Positions 63,678 to 64,000 of a DNA stretch of 64,000 bases are shown one piece after another. Made by a program: the position numbers and the translations under genes. Source of the DNA: a virus. The notes under the pieces are model-generated. The model did no database searches and was not told where the DNA came from. It saw nothing but the letters and a program-made list of their open reading frames with translations. Positions within the stretch are counted from its first letter, which is position 1. Each line of letters opens with the position of its first letter. The DNA is taken from UHGV virus genome UHGV-0200554, one strand, 5' to 3'.

Positions 63678-64000
63678 GTGCTTAGAGTAAAATGCACTTC
63701 TAAAACCAATTTTAAGCCGCTTGAAAGGTTCCACAGGGAACTTATTAAGTTGGAAAGTAAAACAATCTCCTATGGATTCTACGACGAAGAACATTACTCC
63801 GGCCTGAATATGGCAACACTGGCTGCAATTCATAACTTTGGCTGGAATGGTCTTCCGGTTCGTAACTTCATGGAAACTGCTTTCGTATTTTATAATGCGG
63901 AACTCTCCAAGCAGATGGAACGACTGCTCCGCGCGATGGCGCGTGGGGCAAGTCCAGATACTATCCTGAAGCAAATCGGTAAAGGCGGGGCTGAGGCCAT
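63678..64000 (+). CDS. hypothetical protein, 5' partial at window end
   Basis: GTG after gggggcaaa RBS; frame open to end of window; minus ORF 63660..63974 judged antisense artefact. Confidence 0.4.
   Translation, partial: MLRVKCTSKTNFKPLERFHRELIKLESKTISYGFYDEEHYSGLNMATLAAIHNFGWNGLPVRNFMETAFVFYNAELSKQMERLLRAMARGASPDTILKQIGKGGAEA

Noticed and set aside
1-64000. Assignment of the phage to T5-like viruses
   Set aside because: The strong-promoter small-gene block and the DnaA-box region recall T5 organisation, but the lambda-like head gene order, the lambda R-like endolysin and the capsid protein size do not match what I recall of T5; family left unassigned.

Overview
This 64-kb window looks like part of a virulent tailed dsDNA phage (Caudoviricetes) of a Gram-negative, probably enterobacterial host (E. 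coli-type sigma70 promoters, ~40% GC); no integrase or repressor was recognised, and no known phage was matched. All calls are from reading the sequence and the ORF track by eye; no searches were run. Layout: (1) 0.9-12 kb, a rightward block of ~30 small genes, most with their own TTGACA/TATAAT promoter. (2) 12.0-14.4 kb, a 2.4-kb non-coding region with three perfect DnaA boxes, 11-bp tandem iterons, dispersed repeats and an AT-rich tract, which I read as a replication origin or injection-stop-like control region. (3) 47.6 down to 15.4 kb, one long leftward block with nucleotide-metabolism, recombination and repair genes (NrdD/NrdG, PhoH, ligase, FEN-like exonuclease, RuvC-like and Endo VII-like nucleases, lambda R-like endolysin, ClpP-like peptidase, Dam-type methyltransferase, phosphatase, MazG-like), several HNH/AP2 homing endonucleases and many uncharacterised small proteins. 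(4) 49.7-64 kb, a rightward block with tRNA-Arg(UCU), a spanin pair and a lambda-like head module. The most unusual single locus is the terminase large-subunit gene, which appears interrupted twice: by an intein in the Walker A P-loop and by a group I intron carrying an Endo VII-type homing endonuclease. Other candidates for follow-up are the origin-like region, a family of paralogous small acidic proteins, a four-copy palindrome array and a very acidic early protein.
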